From assembly GCA_964016885.1 (NCBI GenBank), contig OZ024742.1, positions 285,820,001 to 285,884,000 of the forward strand: a stretch of 64,000 nucleotides of DNA, read 5' to 3'. Positions 25,330 through 42,372 of the stretch are shown piece by piece. The notes below the pieces were generated by a model, which was not told where the DNA came from, did not search any database, and worked only from the letters and a program-made list of their open reading frames with translations. Position 1 is the stretch's first letter. Each line of letters starts with the position of its first letter. The DNA comes from Eledone cirrhosa (Eukaryota). Position numbers and translations under genes: made by a program.

Positions 25330-25507
25330 AAAGAACACAAGAGCGTCTACAACATCAAAAGATGTTTATTGGCTTACAATGTTTCTTCCTTACGTAACCG
25401 TAGGATTCGTCAGAGCTATAAAAGGGGTTTCATTGGTGTTATGGACTCTACCAACCAAACATTCAAGAACAAAGAGTAAAGAGAGTAAAGAGCAAAAGCA
25501 GAGGACG

Positions 25508-25632
<125 letters not shown>

Positions 25633-26370
25633 ACGGAAGAAATGTAGTAAGGAACGAGCTTTTATGTAGCTTGCACTAGAACTTTTGTATCGTGGCGGCA
25701 CCCTTAGAGATAGTATTAGTATTCTTTTCCGGGACTCTGAATTATTATTTCGTATTAGTTTACCTTTTTGCACTGGGTGGTTGCTGGCCTTGTGCCTGGG
25801 GTAGAAACTTTTATTATTTCGTGGTAGACTCTTTAGTATTTTGGCCCCTCACTTGTTGACCCGTCACCGTAAGATATACTCGGTTTATTTACTTATACCT
25901 CTTAAAAGTGTCTCATTTTAATACCGTCCCACCTAGTATATTTCTTTAGCTTAGCAATAGTGTGAGACTTAGGTCGTTGTAACCAGAAATTTTTTTTTTC
26001 TTTTTACATTTAATTGCTTTTTAACACTCAGTATTTTTCTATATATTTACCCCTCATTGTTCTACTTACTGTTTCGACTTCCTCCTCCCCCTCCGCCTCC
26101 CTAGTATCTTCTTTGACCTCACGCCCAGCTGTAGCCGGCACTATCAACGCATGAATGGGTCTCCTCCACCCCTCTCCCTCTTTCTCCTACTGGCAGGTTT
26201 AGCTACCCCTTCCCTCCACTAATTGCCATCATAGAATAATTATGTCTCAACTAAAAAACTTTTGACCAATCCCTGTGACAATCACTTTGACCATATATGG
26301 AATTTCCCCTTGAGAAGCTCGGCTATTCAAATACCAGGATAAAAATTTTCATTTAGTCCAGAATTATCCG

Positions 26371-26447
<77 letters not shown>

Positions 26448-26452
<5 letters not shown>

Positions 26453-26552
26453 GTTAGAGAATTGGATTCGCAATCGTAAGGTTGTGAGTTCGATTCCTGG
26501 ACCAGGCGATGCGTTATGTCCTTGAGCAAGACACTTTATTTCACGTTGCTCC
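26448..26552 (+). mobile_element. Fragment of a second tRNA-derived SINE family
   Basis: GTGGTTAG...GAGTTCGATTCC followed by TGTCCTTGAGCAAGACACT. Confidence 0.6.
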
Positions 26553-27094
26553 TTCTACCTGGAGTTGCGACCGATAGATAGCATTAGCAATTGGAAAGAC
26601 CAACGGAAACATTGTTCCCTCGGTCCGATTTGACGAAAGTCGATCGTTCCTTATACATATATAAATTTAAAGGGTATATACATATAAATTAGACATAGTC
26701 ATAGATATATATATATGTTTTTGGCAACCATTCACGGTGTGGCTCGATGAAGAATTAATAAAATAATTAATAATCAGAACAATATATAAAAGAGTAAGTC
26801 CAAAGAATCACTAGATATAATATATACAGTATTTCTTCTCCCAATCAGTATAAATCAACCACACAAAAAATCATTTAAACGAGGCTATAAGTTTAAAATG
26901 TACTTATGAAGAAATAATAGGCAAATGATATAACTTCTTATCCGTGAGGTACAGCTATAAAATATTTGCCTAATATTTCTATTAGCCTGTAGAAATTGAC
27001 TAGACATATAGTTAACTACACGTAATTAGGTACAAAATCGAAGTTAGAAGAAAAAATGTACATACACTTTACCAAAATTCTTCATAATCTCTAC

Positions 27095-27430
27095 CACCCG
27101 GCGGTTTCGTTCACTTTTTGGATATATCGTGGTCCCGGTTATTCGCGGATTTTTTTTATAACCTAACTAATACTTGTTCGTGGAAAGCACCGCATATTCG
27201 CGGAATCGTAAATATCTTCCACGAATTTTTAATGGCTTTTTTCGTGACAATAAATAATTTTCACACTTTTTAACGCTAAATTATTAATAATAATATACCG
27301 TATTTGCCGGCCTATATTTCACGTTGTTTTCACATTTATAGGCATTTTTATGGACCACATCCAATATTCGCAGTTTTTCACTCTTTGCGGGTGCTCTAGG
27401 AGCGTAACCCCCGCGAATACCGCGAATATA
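27095..27430. mobile_element. Degenerate Tigger/pogo-like MITE remnant
   Basis: Repeated TTCGCGG motifs and terminal CGTAACCCCCGCGAATA; family assignment from recollection only. Confidence 0.4.
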
Positions 27431-27914
27431 TATATGACGCTAGTACCATGTGTGAAGTCATGTGTGTAGGTAAAATATGTAAAATTGTTTATGAATTGTA
27501 TACATACACATTATATATATATATATATATATATGATATATTTTCTTTAGGTCGTTTTGGAAGCCTCAACAATGCAGATGGGTAATTCTCCGGGTAACAA
27601 GATCCGGTGGGGAAGAGAGAGATGTAAGTGAATGTAAAATGAAATGTATAGTGTGTAGAGGAACGTAGGAAAGAGCGTAAAAAATAAAAATAATAACACG
27701 AGATAGAGTTACCTTGGGAGAGATTTAATTGTCCCTATATATTTCGGATTTACATCCATCAACTGGGGGTTCTTTCCGGGTGGGTGGGGGGGGGGAGGTT
27801 ATCTGTATATATATATACAGTATATATACATGTATATATGTATATGTATATATGTATATATATATATATATATATGTGTGTCTGTGTGTGTATATATATG
27901 TGTGTATATGTATT

Positions 27915-27965
<51 letters not shown>

Positions 27966-28047
27966 GATATACATGTATATATGTATATGTATATATGTAT
28001 ATATATATATATGTGTGTGTATATATATATATGTGTGTATATGTATT

Positions 28048-28107
<60 letters not shown>

Positions 28108-28113
<6 letters not shown>

Positions 28114-28377
28114 ATTAAATAAATGGAAAACTATATTTATAAAACTATATCTATTTCATTATATATATTTCGGGGATATCATATTAACAATATGCTATGC
28201 CTTCATCAGATTGTTAATATGATATCCCCGAAATATATATAATGAAATAGATATGGTTTTATAAATATAGTTTTCCATTTATTTAATATTGTAAATATAC
28301 TCCAAATATTTGTCGAGTGCTTTTATATCAGTTATAAATATTTACTAGTTGTAACCCAACAATTTTAAATATAACTT

Positions 28378-28381
<4 letters not shown>
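28108..28381 (+). mobile_element. PLE terminal-repeat remnant with inversion; related to 20791-21200
   Basis: Inverted arms ~28108-28192 and ~28211-28291; CTGATGA...CCCC-GAAA-TATA-TA on minus; tail with TGTCGAGTGC. Confidence 0.7.
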
Positions 28382-28441
<60 letters not shown>

Positions 28442-28796
28442 CTCATCACCCAGTAATCTTCATATGTTTTACGTTCGTGGTTTTATTTACTTTTATTCCA
28501 TAATACCGTTCTGCCCACACATTTCTTTGCTAATAAAAGATCGCCTCCTGCACAACATAGGAACATATGTCACAATATAGATTATATCAATATCTATACA
28601 GGAGATTGTGTGATGTGGAATCGTGCAGAATAATATGGGATAATAAGGAATAAGTGGACCGTTTGCGTGGGCGGTGTTTTGTATTTGATACCAATGCTGC
28701 TTATATGTTTGTTACGTATTGCTGTTGTTTAGAAACCACCTATTGCTTACTTACAATAATTTTACATAGATTATATAGCTCTTTATCTCGTTTATT

Positions 28797-28866
<70 letters not shown>

Positions 28867-29163
28867 TTATTTATATATCTATTTATCTATTTATCTATAT
28901 ATGTGTATATATATGTGTGTGTATATATATATGTATATATATGTGTGTATATATATATGTATATATATGTATTTATATATATATATGTATATATATATAT
29001 ATGTGTATATATGTATGTATATTTACGTATTTATATATATATATGTATATATATATGTATATACATATATATATATGAATATATATATTTGTATATATAT
29101 GTATATATATATATGTATATATATATATTTGTATATATATATGTATATATATATATATGTATG

Positions 29164-29265
<102 letters not shown>

Positions 29266-29384
29266 CACAGTTCAAGAGTAACCAATCTTAAAGAGAGAGA
29301 TGGAGGTGGTCTTGTTTTACTTAACTAATGAATATATATGTATATATATATATGTGTATATATATGTATATATATATGTGTATA

Positions 29385-29489
<105 letters not shown>

Positions 29490-29727
29490 TTATATATATA
29501 TATATATATTTATATATGTATATATATATATTTATATATATAGAGAGAGAGAGAGTGAGAGAGAGAGGTGTATTAGAAAAAATCAAATCTCGACGGCTGA
29601 GCTCTTGCCGTTTCAACAGCTACTTCCAAGCCACCGAGCCTTTCTAATATAGTCACACTATACTTTCCCAAGTATTGAGTACTCTGTTGAAAAATGGTCA
29701 AACTAGTTTCATACTTGTTTAATCCTG

Positions 29728-29815
<88 letters not shown>

Positions 29816-29893
29816 GGTAAACAAAAATAACAACACAATCGGTACAGTATATGAGATAGATAAGTAGATAGATAGGTATGTATGTGTGTGTGT

Positions 29894-30292
29894 TGCAAGA
29901 ATTCTTATCTAAAAACGTGTGTTGAAACAGATTTTGTTATATTTTAGGGTTATACTGCCAATAAAAACACACGTACCTGGTGGTTCACGCACCTGGTGGT
30001 TCACGTACTAGGTGGTTCACGTACCTGGTGGTTCACGCACCTGTTGGTTTTCACTTCAATTTATTACAAATTTCAAATTGGTTGGTTGAATAACTGGATG
30101 GTTGTTTATTTATTGTCAAAGCTCTATCCTACACCAAACAACATGGTGTAGGATAGAACAAAGGAGAGACACAAAATAACAAATTAGTCACTGAGGATGT
30201 CACAGAATGTGTGACGAAAGCGCTTTAACAATAAATAAACAACCAACTAAAAAGTGTAATAAATTGAAGTGAAAACCAACAGGTGCGCGTGT
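29894..30292. mobile_element. Inverted PLE terminal-repeat remnant (family of 13481-15347) with HHR at 30187-30229 (+)
   Basis: GTCA-CTGAGGA-t-GTCAC agaatgt GTGAC-GAAA-GCGC-TT-TAAC; internal 17-bp repeats (acgtacctggtggttca). Confidence 0.75.
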
Positions 30293-30693
30293 TTACATGG
30301 ATTCCCAGTGTCAATGTTTATTATAGAATGCGGATTATAATTAATTGTAAGTGATATATTATATTTGTTTACAAACACACCGAGCATTATAATAAATGTT
30401 CGGTAAATCCATACGTACATATATATATGTGTGCATGTATATATATATACATACTACTGTACGTCTGTATACATATATGTATGTACGTATACATACTGAT
30501 ATATTATATTATTTGATAATTAATCATTATTTTGGAACTACTATTTGAAGCATATGAAACACTAAGCTGATTCTTCAGTAAGATGTAACTTATACGACCT
30601 TCTAAGAGATTGGCTTGCTCTGAAAAAATTGAGAATTTGATCATTTACACGTTCTTAATTTTCTTTTTCTTTCCTCAATATAACGGGAATCAT

Positions 30694-31360
30694 TGTGGAT
30701 TGGCAGTATTGGTAGAGCGTCAGACGTCATGATTTGCTGCATAGAGTTACGGCCCTTTACGTTCTGAGTTCAAATCTCGCCGAGATTAACTTTGCTTTTC
30801 ATCCTTACGGGTTCGATAAAATAAAGCACCAGTAATGTACTGGAGTAATTGCTGGTATTGTGCCAAAAGTAGAAACAATTATTGTTGGAACGTTTGAGGG
30901 CGGTGGATTGACAGTATCGGTAGAGCGTCGGCCAACATGTTTTGTGGCATAGAGTTACGGCCCTTTGCGGTCTGAGATTAAATCCAGCCGAGGTTAACTT
31001 TGCCTTTCATGCTTACGGGGTCGATAAAATAAAGTACCAATAATGCACAGGGGTCGATTTAATCGACTGTCCCCTCCCCATAATTGCTGGCCTTGTGCCT
31101 ATATAAGAAACCATTATTTTAAATTAAAGACAGTGAATTAGCAGAGTTGTTAGAACGTGGGACAGATTACTTTCTAGTATTTGTTTCGGCTCTCTGCTCT
31201 TTGAGGTCAAATCACGTCGAGGTCAACTTTGCCTTTCATCCATTCGAGGTTGATAAAAAAAAAGTATCAGTATAGTACCGGGTTCGATTCTTCCTCGTTC
31301 CCACTTCGATTCTCTCACTCTCTATCCTGAAATTGGTTGTATTGAGACGTTGAGAGGTGT
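30694..31360 (+). mobile_element. Three tandem tRNA-derived SINEs
   Basis: Repeated A/B-box plus core at ~30694, ~30900 and ~31133. Confidence 0.85.
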
Positions 31361-31483
31361 TCCATTAACACCACAAACACTTCCACCAATACTGCCACCA
31401 AAATAACAACTACCAATACTAACACTATCATCCACCCAATACCACCCTCTAACACCACCGCTACCACCAGCACCACCATGTAT

Positions 31484-34400
31484 CAAACACCACCACCAAA
31501 GCAACACCACCCTCAAACAACCACCATCTACACAACACCAGCACCACCAAAGCAGCACTACCCTCAAACAACCACCATCTACACAACACCACCATAACCA
31601 AAGCAACACCACCCTCAAACAACTACCATCTACACAACACCACCAAGGCAACACCACCCTCAAACAACTACCATCTACACAACACCACCACCACCAAAAC
31701 AGCACTACCCTCAAACAACTACCATCTACACAACACCAGAACCACCAAAGCAACACCACCCTCAAACAACCACCATCTACACAACACCACCACCACCAAA
31801 GCAACACCACCCTCAAACAACTACCATCTACACAACACCAGCACCACCAAAGCAACACCACCCTCAAACAACTACCATCTACACAACACCACCACCACCA
31901 AAGCAACACCACCCTCAAACAACCACCATCTACACAACACCACCACCACCAAAGCAACACCACCCTCGAACAACTACCATCTACACAACACCAGCACCAC
32001 CAAAGCAACACCACCCTCAAACAACTACCATCTACACAACACCACCACCACCAAAGCAACACCACCCTCAAACAACCACCATCTACACAACACCACCACC
32101 ACCAAAGCAACACCACCCTCAAACAACTACCATCAACACAACACCACCACCACCAAAACAGCACCACCCTCAAACAACTACTATCTACACAACACCACCA
32201 CCACCAAAGCAACACCACCCTCAAACAACTACCACCTACACAACACCACCACCACCAAAACAGCACTACCCTCAAACAACCACCATCTACACAACACCAC
32301 CACCACCAAAGCAACACCACCCTCAAACAACTACCACCTACACAACAGCACCACCACCAAAACAGCACTACCCTCAAACAACCACCATCTACACAACACC
32401 ACCACCACCAAAGCAACACCACCCTCAAACAACTACCACCTACACAACACCACCACCACCAAAACAGCACCACCCTCAAACAACTACTATCTACACAACA
32501 CCACCACCACCAAAGCAACACCACCCTCAAACAACTACCACCTACACAACACCACCACCACCAAAACAGCACTACCTTCAAACAACCACCATCTACACAA
32601 CACCACCACCACCAAAGCAACACCACCCTCAAACAACTACCACCTACACAACACCACCACCACCAAAACAGCACCACCCTCAAACAACTACTATCTACAC
32701 AACACCACCACCACCAAAGCAACACCACCCTCAAACAACTACCACCTACACAACACCACCACCACCAAAACAGCACTACCCTCAAACAACCACCATCTAC
32801 ACAACACCACCACCACCAAAGCAACACCACCCTCAAACAACTACCATCTACACAACACCACCACCACCAAAACAGCACTACCCTCAAACAACCACCATCT
32901 ACACAACACCACTACCACCAAAGCAACACCACCCTCAAACAACTACCATCTACACAACACCACCACCACCAAAACAGCACCACCCTCAAACAACCACCAT
33001 CTACACAACACCACCACCACCAAAGCAACACCACCCTCAAACAACTACCATCTACACAACACCACCACCACCAAAACAGCACTACCCTCAAACAACCACC
33101 ATCTACACAACACCACTACCACCAAAGCAACACCACCCTCAAACAACCACCATCTACACAACACCACCACCACCAAAACAACACCACCCTCAAACAACTA
33201 CCATCTACACAACACCACCACCACCAAAGCAACACCACCCTCAAACAACCACCATCTACACAACACCACCACCACCAAAGCAACACCACCCTCAAACAAC
33301 TACCATCTACACAACACCACCACCACCAAAACAGCACTACCCTCAAACAACCACCATCTACACAACACCACTACCACCAAAGCAACACCACCCTCAAACA
33401 ACTACCACCTACACAACACCACCACCACCAAAACAGCACTACCCTCAAACAACTACCATCTACACAACACCACCACCACCAAAGCAACACCACCCTCAAA
33501 CAACCACCATCTACACAACACCACCACCACCAAAGCAACACCACCCTCAAACAACCACCATCTACACAACACCACCACCACCAAAACAGCACTACCCTCA
33601 AACAACTACCATCTACACAACACCACCACCACCAAAGCAACACCACCCTCAAACAACTACCATCTACACAACACCACCAAAGCAACACCACCCTCAAACA
33701 ACTACCATCTACACAACACCTCCCTCAAACAACTACCATCTACACAACACCACCACCACCAAAGCAACACCACCCTCAAACAACTACCATCTACACAACA
33801 CCACCACCACCAAAGCAACACCACCCTCAAACAACTACCATCTACACAACACCACCAAAGCAACACCACCCTCAAACAACCACCATCTACACAACACCAC
33901 CACCACCAAAACAACACCACCCTCAAACAAATACCATCTACACAACACCACCACCACCAAAACAGCACTACCCTCAAACAACTACCATCAACACAACACC
34001 ACCACCACCAAAGCAACACCACCCTCAAACAACTACCATCTACACAACACCACCACCACCACAACAGCACTACCCTCAAACAATTACCATCTACACAACA
34101 CCACCACCACCAAAGCAACACCACCCTCAAACAACCATCATCTACACAACACCACCACCACCAAAGCAACACCACCCTCAAACACCACCATCTACACAAC
34201 ACCACCACCACCAAAGCAACACCACCCTCAAACAACTACCATCTACACAACACCACCACCACCAAAGCAACACCACCCTCAAACAACTACCATCTACACA
34301 ACACCACCACCACCAAAACAGCACTACCCTCAAACAATTACCATCTACACAACACCACCACCACCAAAGCAACACCACCCTCAAACAACCATCATCTACA

Positions 34401-37400
34401 CAACACCACCACCACCAAAGCAACACCACCCTCAAACAACCACCATCTACACAACACCACCACCACCAAAGCAACACCACCCTCAAACAACTACCATCTA
34501 CACAACACCACCACCACCAAAGCAACACCACCCTCAAACAACCACCATCTACACAACACCACCACCACCAAAACAACACCACCCTCAAACAACTACCATC
34601 TACACAACACCACCACCACCAAAGCAACACCACCCTCAAACAACCACCATCTACACAACACCACCACCACCAAAGCAACACCACCCTCAAACAACTACCA
34701 TCTACACAACACCACCATCACCAAAGCAACACCACCCTGAAACAACCACCATCTACACAACACCACCACCACCAAAGCAACACCACCCTCAAACAACTAC
34801 CATCTACACAACACCACCACCACCAAAGCAACACCACCCTCAAACAACTACCATCTACACGACACCACCACCACCAAAGCAACACCACCCTCAAACAACC
34901 ACCATCTACACAACACCACCACCACCAAAGCAACACCACCCTCAAACAACTACCATCTACACAACACCACCACCACCAAAACAACACCACCCTCAAACAA
35001 CTACCATCTACACAACACCACCACCACCAAAACAACACCACCCTCAAACAACTACCATCTACACAACACCACCACCACCAAAACAACACCACCCTCAAAC
35101 AACTACCATCTACACAACACCACCAAAACAGCACCACCCTCAAACAACTACCATCTACACAACACCACCAAAACAACACCACCCTCAAACAACTACCATC
35201 TACACAACACCACCAAAACAACACCACCCTCAAACAACTTCCATCTACACAACACCACCACCACCAAAACAACACCACCCTCAAACAACTACCATCTACA
35301 CAACACCACCACCACCAAAACAACACCACCCTCAAACAACTACCATCTACACAACACCACCACCACCAAAGCAACACCACCCTCAAACAACTACCATCAA
35401 CACAACACCACCACCACCAAAACAGCACCACCCTCAAACAACTACCATCTACACAACACCACCACCACCAAAGCAACACCACCCTCAAACAACTACTATC
35501 TACACAACACCACCACCACCAAAGCAACACCACCCTCAAACAACTACCATCTACACAACACCACCACCACCAAAGCAACACCACCCTCAAACAACTACCA
35601 TCTACACAACACCACCACCACCAAAGCAACACCACCCTCAAACAACTACCATCTACACAACACCACCACCACCAAAGCAACACCACCCTCAAACAACCAC
35701 CATCTACACAACACCACCACCACCAAAACAGCACCACCCTCAAACAACCACCATCTACACAACACCACCACCACCAAAACAGCACTACCCTCAAACAACT
35801 ACCATCTACACAACACCACCACCACCAAAGCAACACCACCCTCAAACAACTACCATCTACACAACACCACCAAAGCAACACCACCCTCAAAGAACTACCA
35901 TCTACACAACACCTCCCTCAAACAACTACCATCTACACAACACCACCACCACCAAAGCAACACCACCCTCAAACAACTACCATCTACACAACACCACCAC
36001 CACCAAAGCAACACCACCCTCAAACAACTACCATCTACACAACACCACCAAAGCAACACCACCCTCAAACAACCACCATCTACACAACACCACCACCACC
36101 AAAGCAACACCACCCTCAAACAAATACCATCTACACAACACCACCACCACCAAAACAGCACTACCCTCAAACAACTACCATCAACACAACACCACCACCA
36201 CCAAAGCAACACCACCCTCAAACAACTACCATCTACACAACACCACCACCACCAAAACAGCACTACCCTCAAACAATTACCATCTACACAACACCACCAC
36301 CACCAAAGCAACACCACCCTCAAACAACCATCATCTACACAACACCACCACCACCAAAGCAACACCACCCTCAAACACCACCATCTACACAACACCACCA
36401 CCACCAAAGCAACACCACCCTCAAACAACTACCATCTACACAACACCACCACCACCAAAGCAACACCACCCTCAAACAACTACCATCTACACAACACCAC
36501 CACCACCAAAACAGCACTACCCTCAAACAATTACCATCTACACAACACCACCACCACCAAAGCAACACCACCCTCAAACAACCATCATCTACACAACACC
36601 ACCACCACCAAAGCAACACCACCCTCAAACAACCACCATCTACACAACACGACCACCACCAAAGCAACACCACCCTCAAACAACTACCATCTACACAACA
36701 CCACCACCACCAAAGCAACACCACCCTCAAACAACCACCATCTACACAACACCACCACCACCAAAACAACACCACCCTCAAACAACTACCATCTACACAA
36801 CACCACCACCACCAAAGCAACACCACCCTCAAACAACCACTATCTACACAACACCACCACCACCAAAGCAACACCACCCTCAAACAACTACCATCTACAC
36901 AGCACCACCATCACCAAAGCAACACCACCCTCAAACAACCACCATCTACACAACACCACCACCACCAAAGCAACACCACCCTCAAACAACTACCATCTAC
37001 ACAACACCACCACCACCAAAGCAACACCACCCTCAAACAACTACCATCTACACAACACCACCACCACCAAAGCAACACCACCCTCAAACAACCACCATCT
37101 ACACAACACCACCACCACCAAAGCAACACCACCCTCAAACAACTACCATCTACACAACACCACCACCACCAAAACAACACCACCCTCAAACAACTACCAT
37201 CTACACAACACCACCACCACCAAAACAACACCACCCTCAAACAACTACCATCTACACAACACCACCACCACCAAAACAACACCACCCTCAAACAACTACC
37301 ATCTACACAACACCACCAAAACAGCACCACCCTCAAACAACTACCATCTACACAACACCACCACCACCAAAACAGCACCACCCTCAAACAACTACCATCT

Positions 37401-40400
37401 ACACAACACCACCACCACCAAAGCAACACCACCCTCAAACAACTACCATCTACACAACACCACCACCACCAAAACAGCACCACCCTCAAACAACTACCAT
37501 CTACACAACACCACCACCACCAAAGCAACACCACCCTCAAACAACTACTATCTACACAACACCACCACCACCAAAGCAACACCACCCTCAAACAACTACC
37601 ATCTACACAACACCACCACCACCAAAGCAACACCACCCTCAAACAACTACCATCTACACAACACCACCACCACCAAAGCAACACCACCCTCAAACAACTA
37701 CCATCTACACAACACCACCACCACCAAAGCAACACCACCCTCAAACAACCACCATCTACACAACACCACCACCACCAAAACAGCACCACCCTCAATCAAC
37801 TACCATCTACACAACACCACCACCACCAAAGCAACACCACCCTCAAACAACTACCATCTACACAACACCACCACCACCAAAACAGCATCACCCTCAAACA
37901 ACTACCATCTACACAACACCACCACCACCAAAGCAACACCACCCTCAAACAACTACTATCTACACAACACCACCACCACCAAAGCAACACCACCCTCAAA
38001 CAACTACCATCTACACAACACCACCACCACCAAAGCAACACCACCCTCAAACAACTACCATCTACACAACACCACCACCACCAAAGCAACACCACCCTCA
38101 AACAACTACCATCTACACAACACCACCACCACCAAAACAGCACCACCCTCAAACAACTACTATCTACACAACACCACCACCACCAAAACAGCACCACCCT
38201 CAAACAACTACCATCTACACAACACCACCACCACCAAAGCAACACCACCCTCAAACAACTACCATCTACACAACACCACCACCACCAAAACAGCACCACC
38301 CTCAAACAACTACCATCTACACAACACCACCACCACCAAAGCAACACCACCCTCAAACAACTACTATCTACACAACACCACCACCACCAAAGCAACACCA
38401 CCCTCAAACAACTACCATCTACACAACACCACCACCACCAAAGCAACACCACCCTCAAACAACTACCATCTACACAACACCACCACCACCAAAACAGCAC
38501 CACCCTCAAACAACTACTATCTACACAACACCACCACCACCAAAGCAACACCACCCTCAAACAACTACCATCTACACAACACCACCACCACCAAAACAGC
38601 ACCACCCTCAAACAACCACCATCTACACAACACCACCACCACCAAAACAGCACCACCCTCAAACAACCACCATCTACACAACACCACCACCACCAAAACA
38701 GCACCACCCTCAAACAACCACCATCTACACAACACCACCACCACCAAAACAGCACCACCCTCAAACAACCACCATCTACACAACACCACCACCACCAAAA
38801 CAGCACCACCCTCAAACAACCACCATCTACACAACACCACCACCACCAAAGCAACACCACCCTCAAACAACTACCATCTACACAACACCACCACCAAAAC
38901 AGCACCACCCTCAAACAACCACCATCTACACAACACCACCACCACCAAAGCAACACCACCCTCAAACAACCACCATCTACACAACACCACCACCACCAAA
39001 ACAGCACCACCCTCAAACAACTACCATCTACACAACACCACCACCACCAAAGCAACACCACCCTCAAACAACCACCATCTACACAACACCACCACCACCA
39101 CCAAAGCAACACCACCCTCAAACAACTACCATCAACACAACACCACCACCACCAAAACAGCACCACCCTCAAACAACTACTATCTACACAACACCACCAC
39201 CACCAAAGCAACACCACCCTCAAACAACCACCATCTACACAACACCACCACCACCAAAACAGCACCACCCTCAAACAACCACCATCTACACAACACCACC
39301 ACCACCAAAGCAACACCACCCTCAAACAACTACCATCTACACAACACCACCACCACCAAAGCAACACCACCCTCAAACAACTACCATCTATACAACACCA
39401 CCACCACCAAAACAGCACCACCCTCAAACAACCACCATCTACACAACACCACCACCACCAAAACAGCACCACCCTCAAACAACTACCATCTACACAACAC
39501 CACCACCACCAAAGCAACACCACCCTCAAACAACTACCATCTACACAACACCACCACCACCAAAACAGCACCACCCTCAAACAACCACCATCTACACAAC
39601 ACCACCACCACCAAAACAGCACCACCCTCAAACAACTACCATCTACACAACACCACCACCACCAAAGCAACACCACCCTCAAACAACCACCATCTACACA
39701 ACACCACCACCACCAAAGCAGCACCACCCTCAAACAACTACCATCTACACAACACCACCACCACCAAAACAGCACCACCCTCAAACAACTACCATCTACA
39801 CAACACCACCACCACCAAAGCAACACCACCCTCAAACAACCACCATCTACACAACACCACCACCACCAAAACAACACCACCCTCAAACAACTACCATCTA
39901 CACAAGACCACCACCACCAAAGCAACACCACCCTCAAACAACTACCATCTACACGACACCACCACCACCAAAACAGCACCACCCTCAAACAACTACCATC
40001 TACACAACACCACCACCACCAAAGCAACACCACCCTCAAACAACCACCATCTACACAACACCACCACCACCAAAACAACACCACCCTCAAACAACTACCA
40101 TCTACACAACACCAGCACCACCAAAGCAGCACCACCCTCAAACAACCACCATCTACACAACACCACCACCACCAAAGCAGCACCACCCTCAAACAACTAC
40201 CATCTACACAACACCACCACCACCAAAGCAGCACCACCCTCAAACAACTACCATCTACACAACACCACCACCACCAAAGCAACACCACCCTCAAACAACT
40301 ACCATCTACACAACACTACCCTCAAACAACTACCATCTACACAACACCACCACCACCAAAGCAACACCACCCTCAAACAACTACCATCTACACAACACCA

Positions 40401-42372
40401 CCACCACCAAAGCAGCACCACCCTCAAACAACTACCATCTACACAACACCACCACCACCAAAGCAACACCACCCTCAAACAACTACCATCTACACAACAC
40501 CACCCTCAAACAACTACCATCTACACAACACCACCACCACCAAAGCAACACCACCCTCAAACAACTACCATCTACACAACACCACCACCACCAAAGCAAC
40601 ACCACCCTCAAACAACTACCATCTACACAACACCACCCTCAAACAACTACCATCTACACAACACCACCCTCAAACAACTACCATCTACACAACACCACCC
40701 TCAAACAACTACCATCTACACAACACCACCACCACCAAAGCAACACCACCCTCAAACAACTACCATCTACACAACACCACCCTCAAACAACTACCATCTA
40801 CACAACACCACCCTCAAACAACTACCATCTACACAACACCACCACCACCAAAGCAACACCACCCTCAAACAACTACCATCTACACAACACCACCCTCAAA
40901 CAACTACCATCTACACAACACCACCCTCAAACAACTACCATCTACACAACACCACCACCACCAAAGCAACACCACCCTCAAACAACCACCATCTACACAA
41001 CACCACCACCACCAAAACAGCACCACCCTCAAACAACTACCATCTACACAACACCACCACCACCAAAGCAACACCACCCTCAAACAACCACCATCTACAC
41101 AACACCACCACCACCAAAACAGCACTACCCTCAAACAACTACCATCTACACAACACCACCACCACCAAAGCAACACCACCCTCAAACAATTACCATCTAC
41201 ACAACACCACCACCACCAAAGCAACACCACCCTCAAACAACTACCATCTACACAACACCACCACCACCAAAACAGCACCACCCTCACACAACTACCATCT
41301 ACACAACACCACCACCACCAAAGCAACACCACCCTCAAACAACCACCATCTACACAACACCACCACCACCAAAGCAACACCACCCTCAAACAACTACCAT
41401 CTACACAACACCACCACCACCAAAACAGCACCACCCTCAAACAACTACCATCTACACAACACCACCACCACCAAAACAGCACCACCCTCGAACAACTACC
41501 ATCTACACAACACCAGCACCACCAAAGCAACACCACCCTCAAACAACCACCATCTACACAACACCACCACCACCAAAGCAACACCACCCTCAAACAACTA
41601 CCATCTACACAACACCACCACCACCAAAACAGCACCACCCTCAAACAACTACCATCTACACAACACCACCACCACCAAAACAGCACCACCCTCAAACAAC
41701 TACCATCTACACAACACCACCACCACCAAAACAGCACCACCCTCAAACAACTACCATCTACACAACACCACCACCACCAAAGCAACACCACCCTCAAACA
41801 ACTACCATCTACACAACACCACCACCACCAAAGCAACACCACCCTCAAACAACTACCATCTACACAACACCACCACCACCAAAGCAACACCACCCTCAAA
41901 CAACCACCATCTACACAACACCACCACCACCAAAACAGCACCACCCTCAAACAACTACCATCTACACAACACCACCACCACCAAAACAGCACCACCCTCA
42001 AACAACCACCATCTACACAACACCACCACCACCAAAGCAACACCACCCTCAAACAACTACCATCTACACAACACCACCACCACCAAAGCAACACCACCCT
42101 CAAACAACTACCATCTACACAACACCACCACCACCAAAGCAACACCACCCTCAAACAACTACCATCTACACAACACCACCACCACCAAAGCAACACCACC
42201 CCCAAACAACCACCATCTACACAACACCACCACCACCAAAGCAACACCACCCTCAAACAACTACTATCTACACAACACCACCACCACCAAAGCAACACCA
42301 CCCTCAAACAACCACCATCTACACAACACCACCACCACCAAAACAGCACCACCCTCAAACAACCACCACCAC
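31484..42372. repeat. ~10.9-kb tandem array of a 51-bp unit (caaacaactaccatctacacaacaccaccaccaccaaagcaacaccaccct), roughly 215-220 units, with 45-, 48- and 31-bp variants
   Basis: Directly visible; embedded in degenerate (ACC/CAC)n sequence on both sides; extreme C/A strand bias. Confidence 0.97.
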
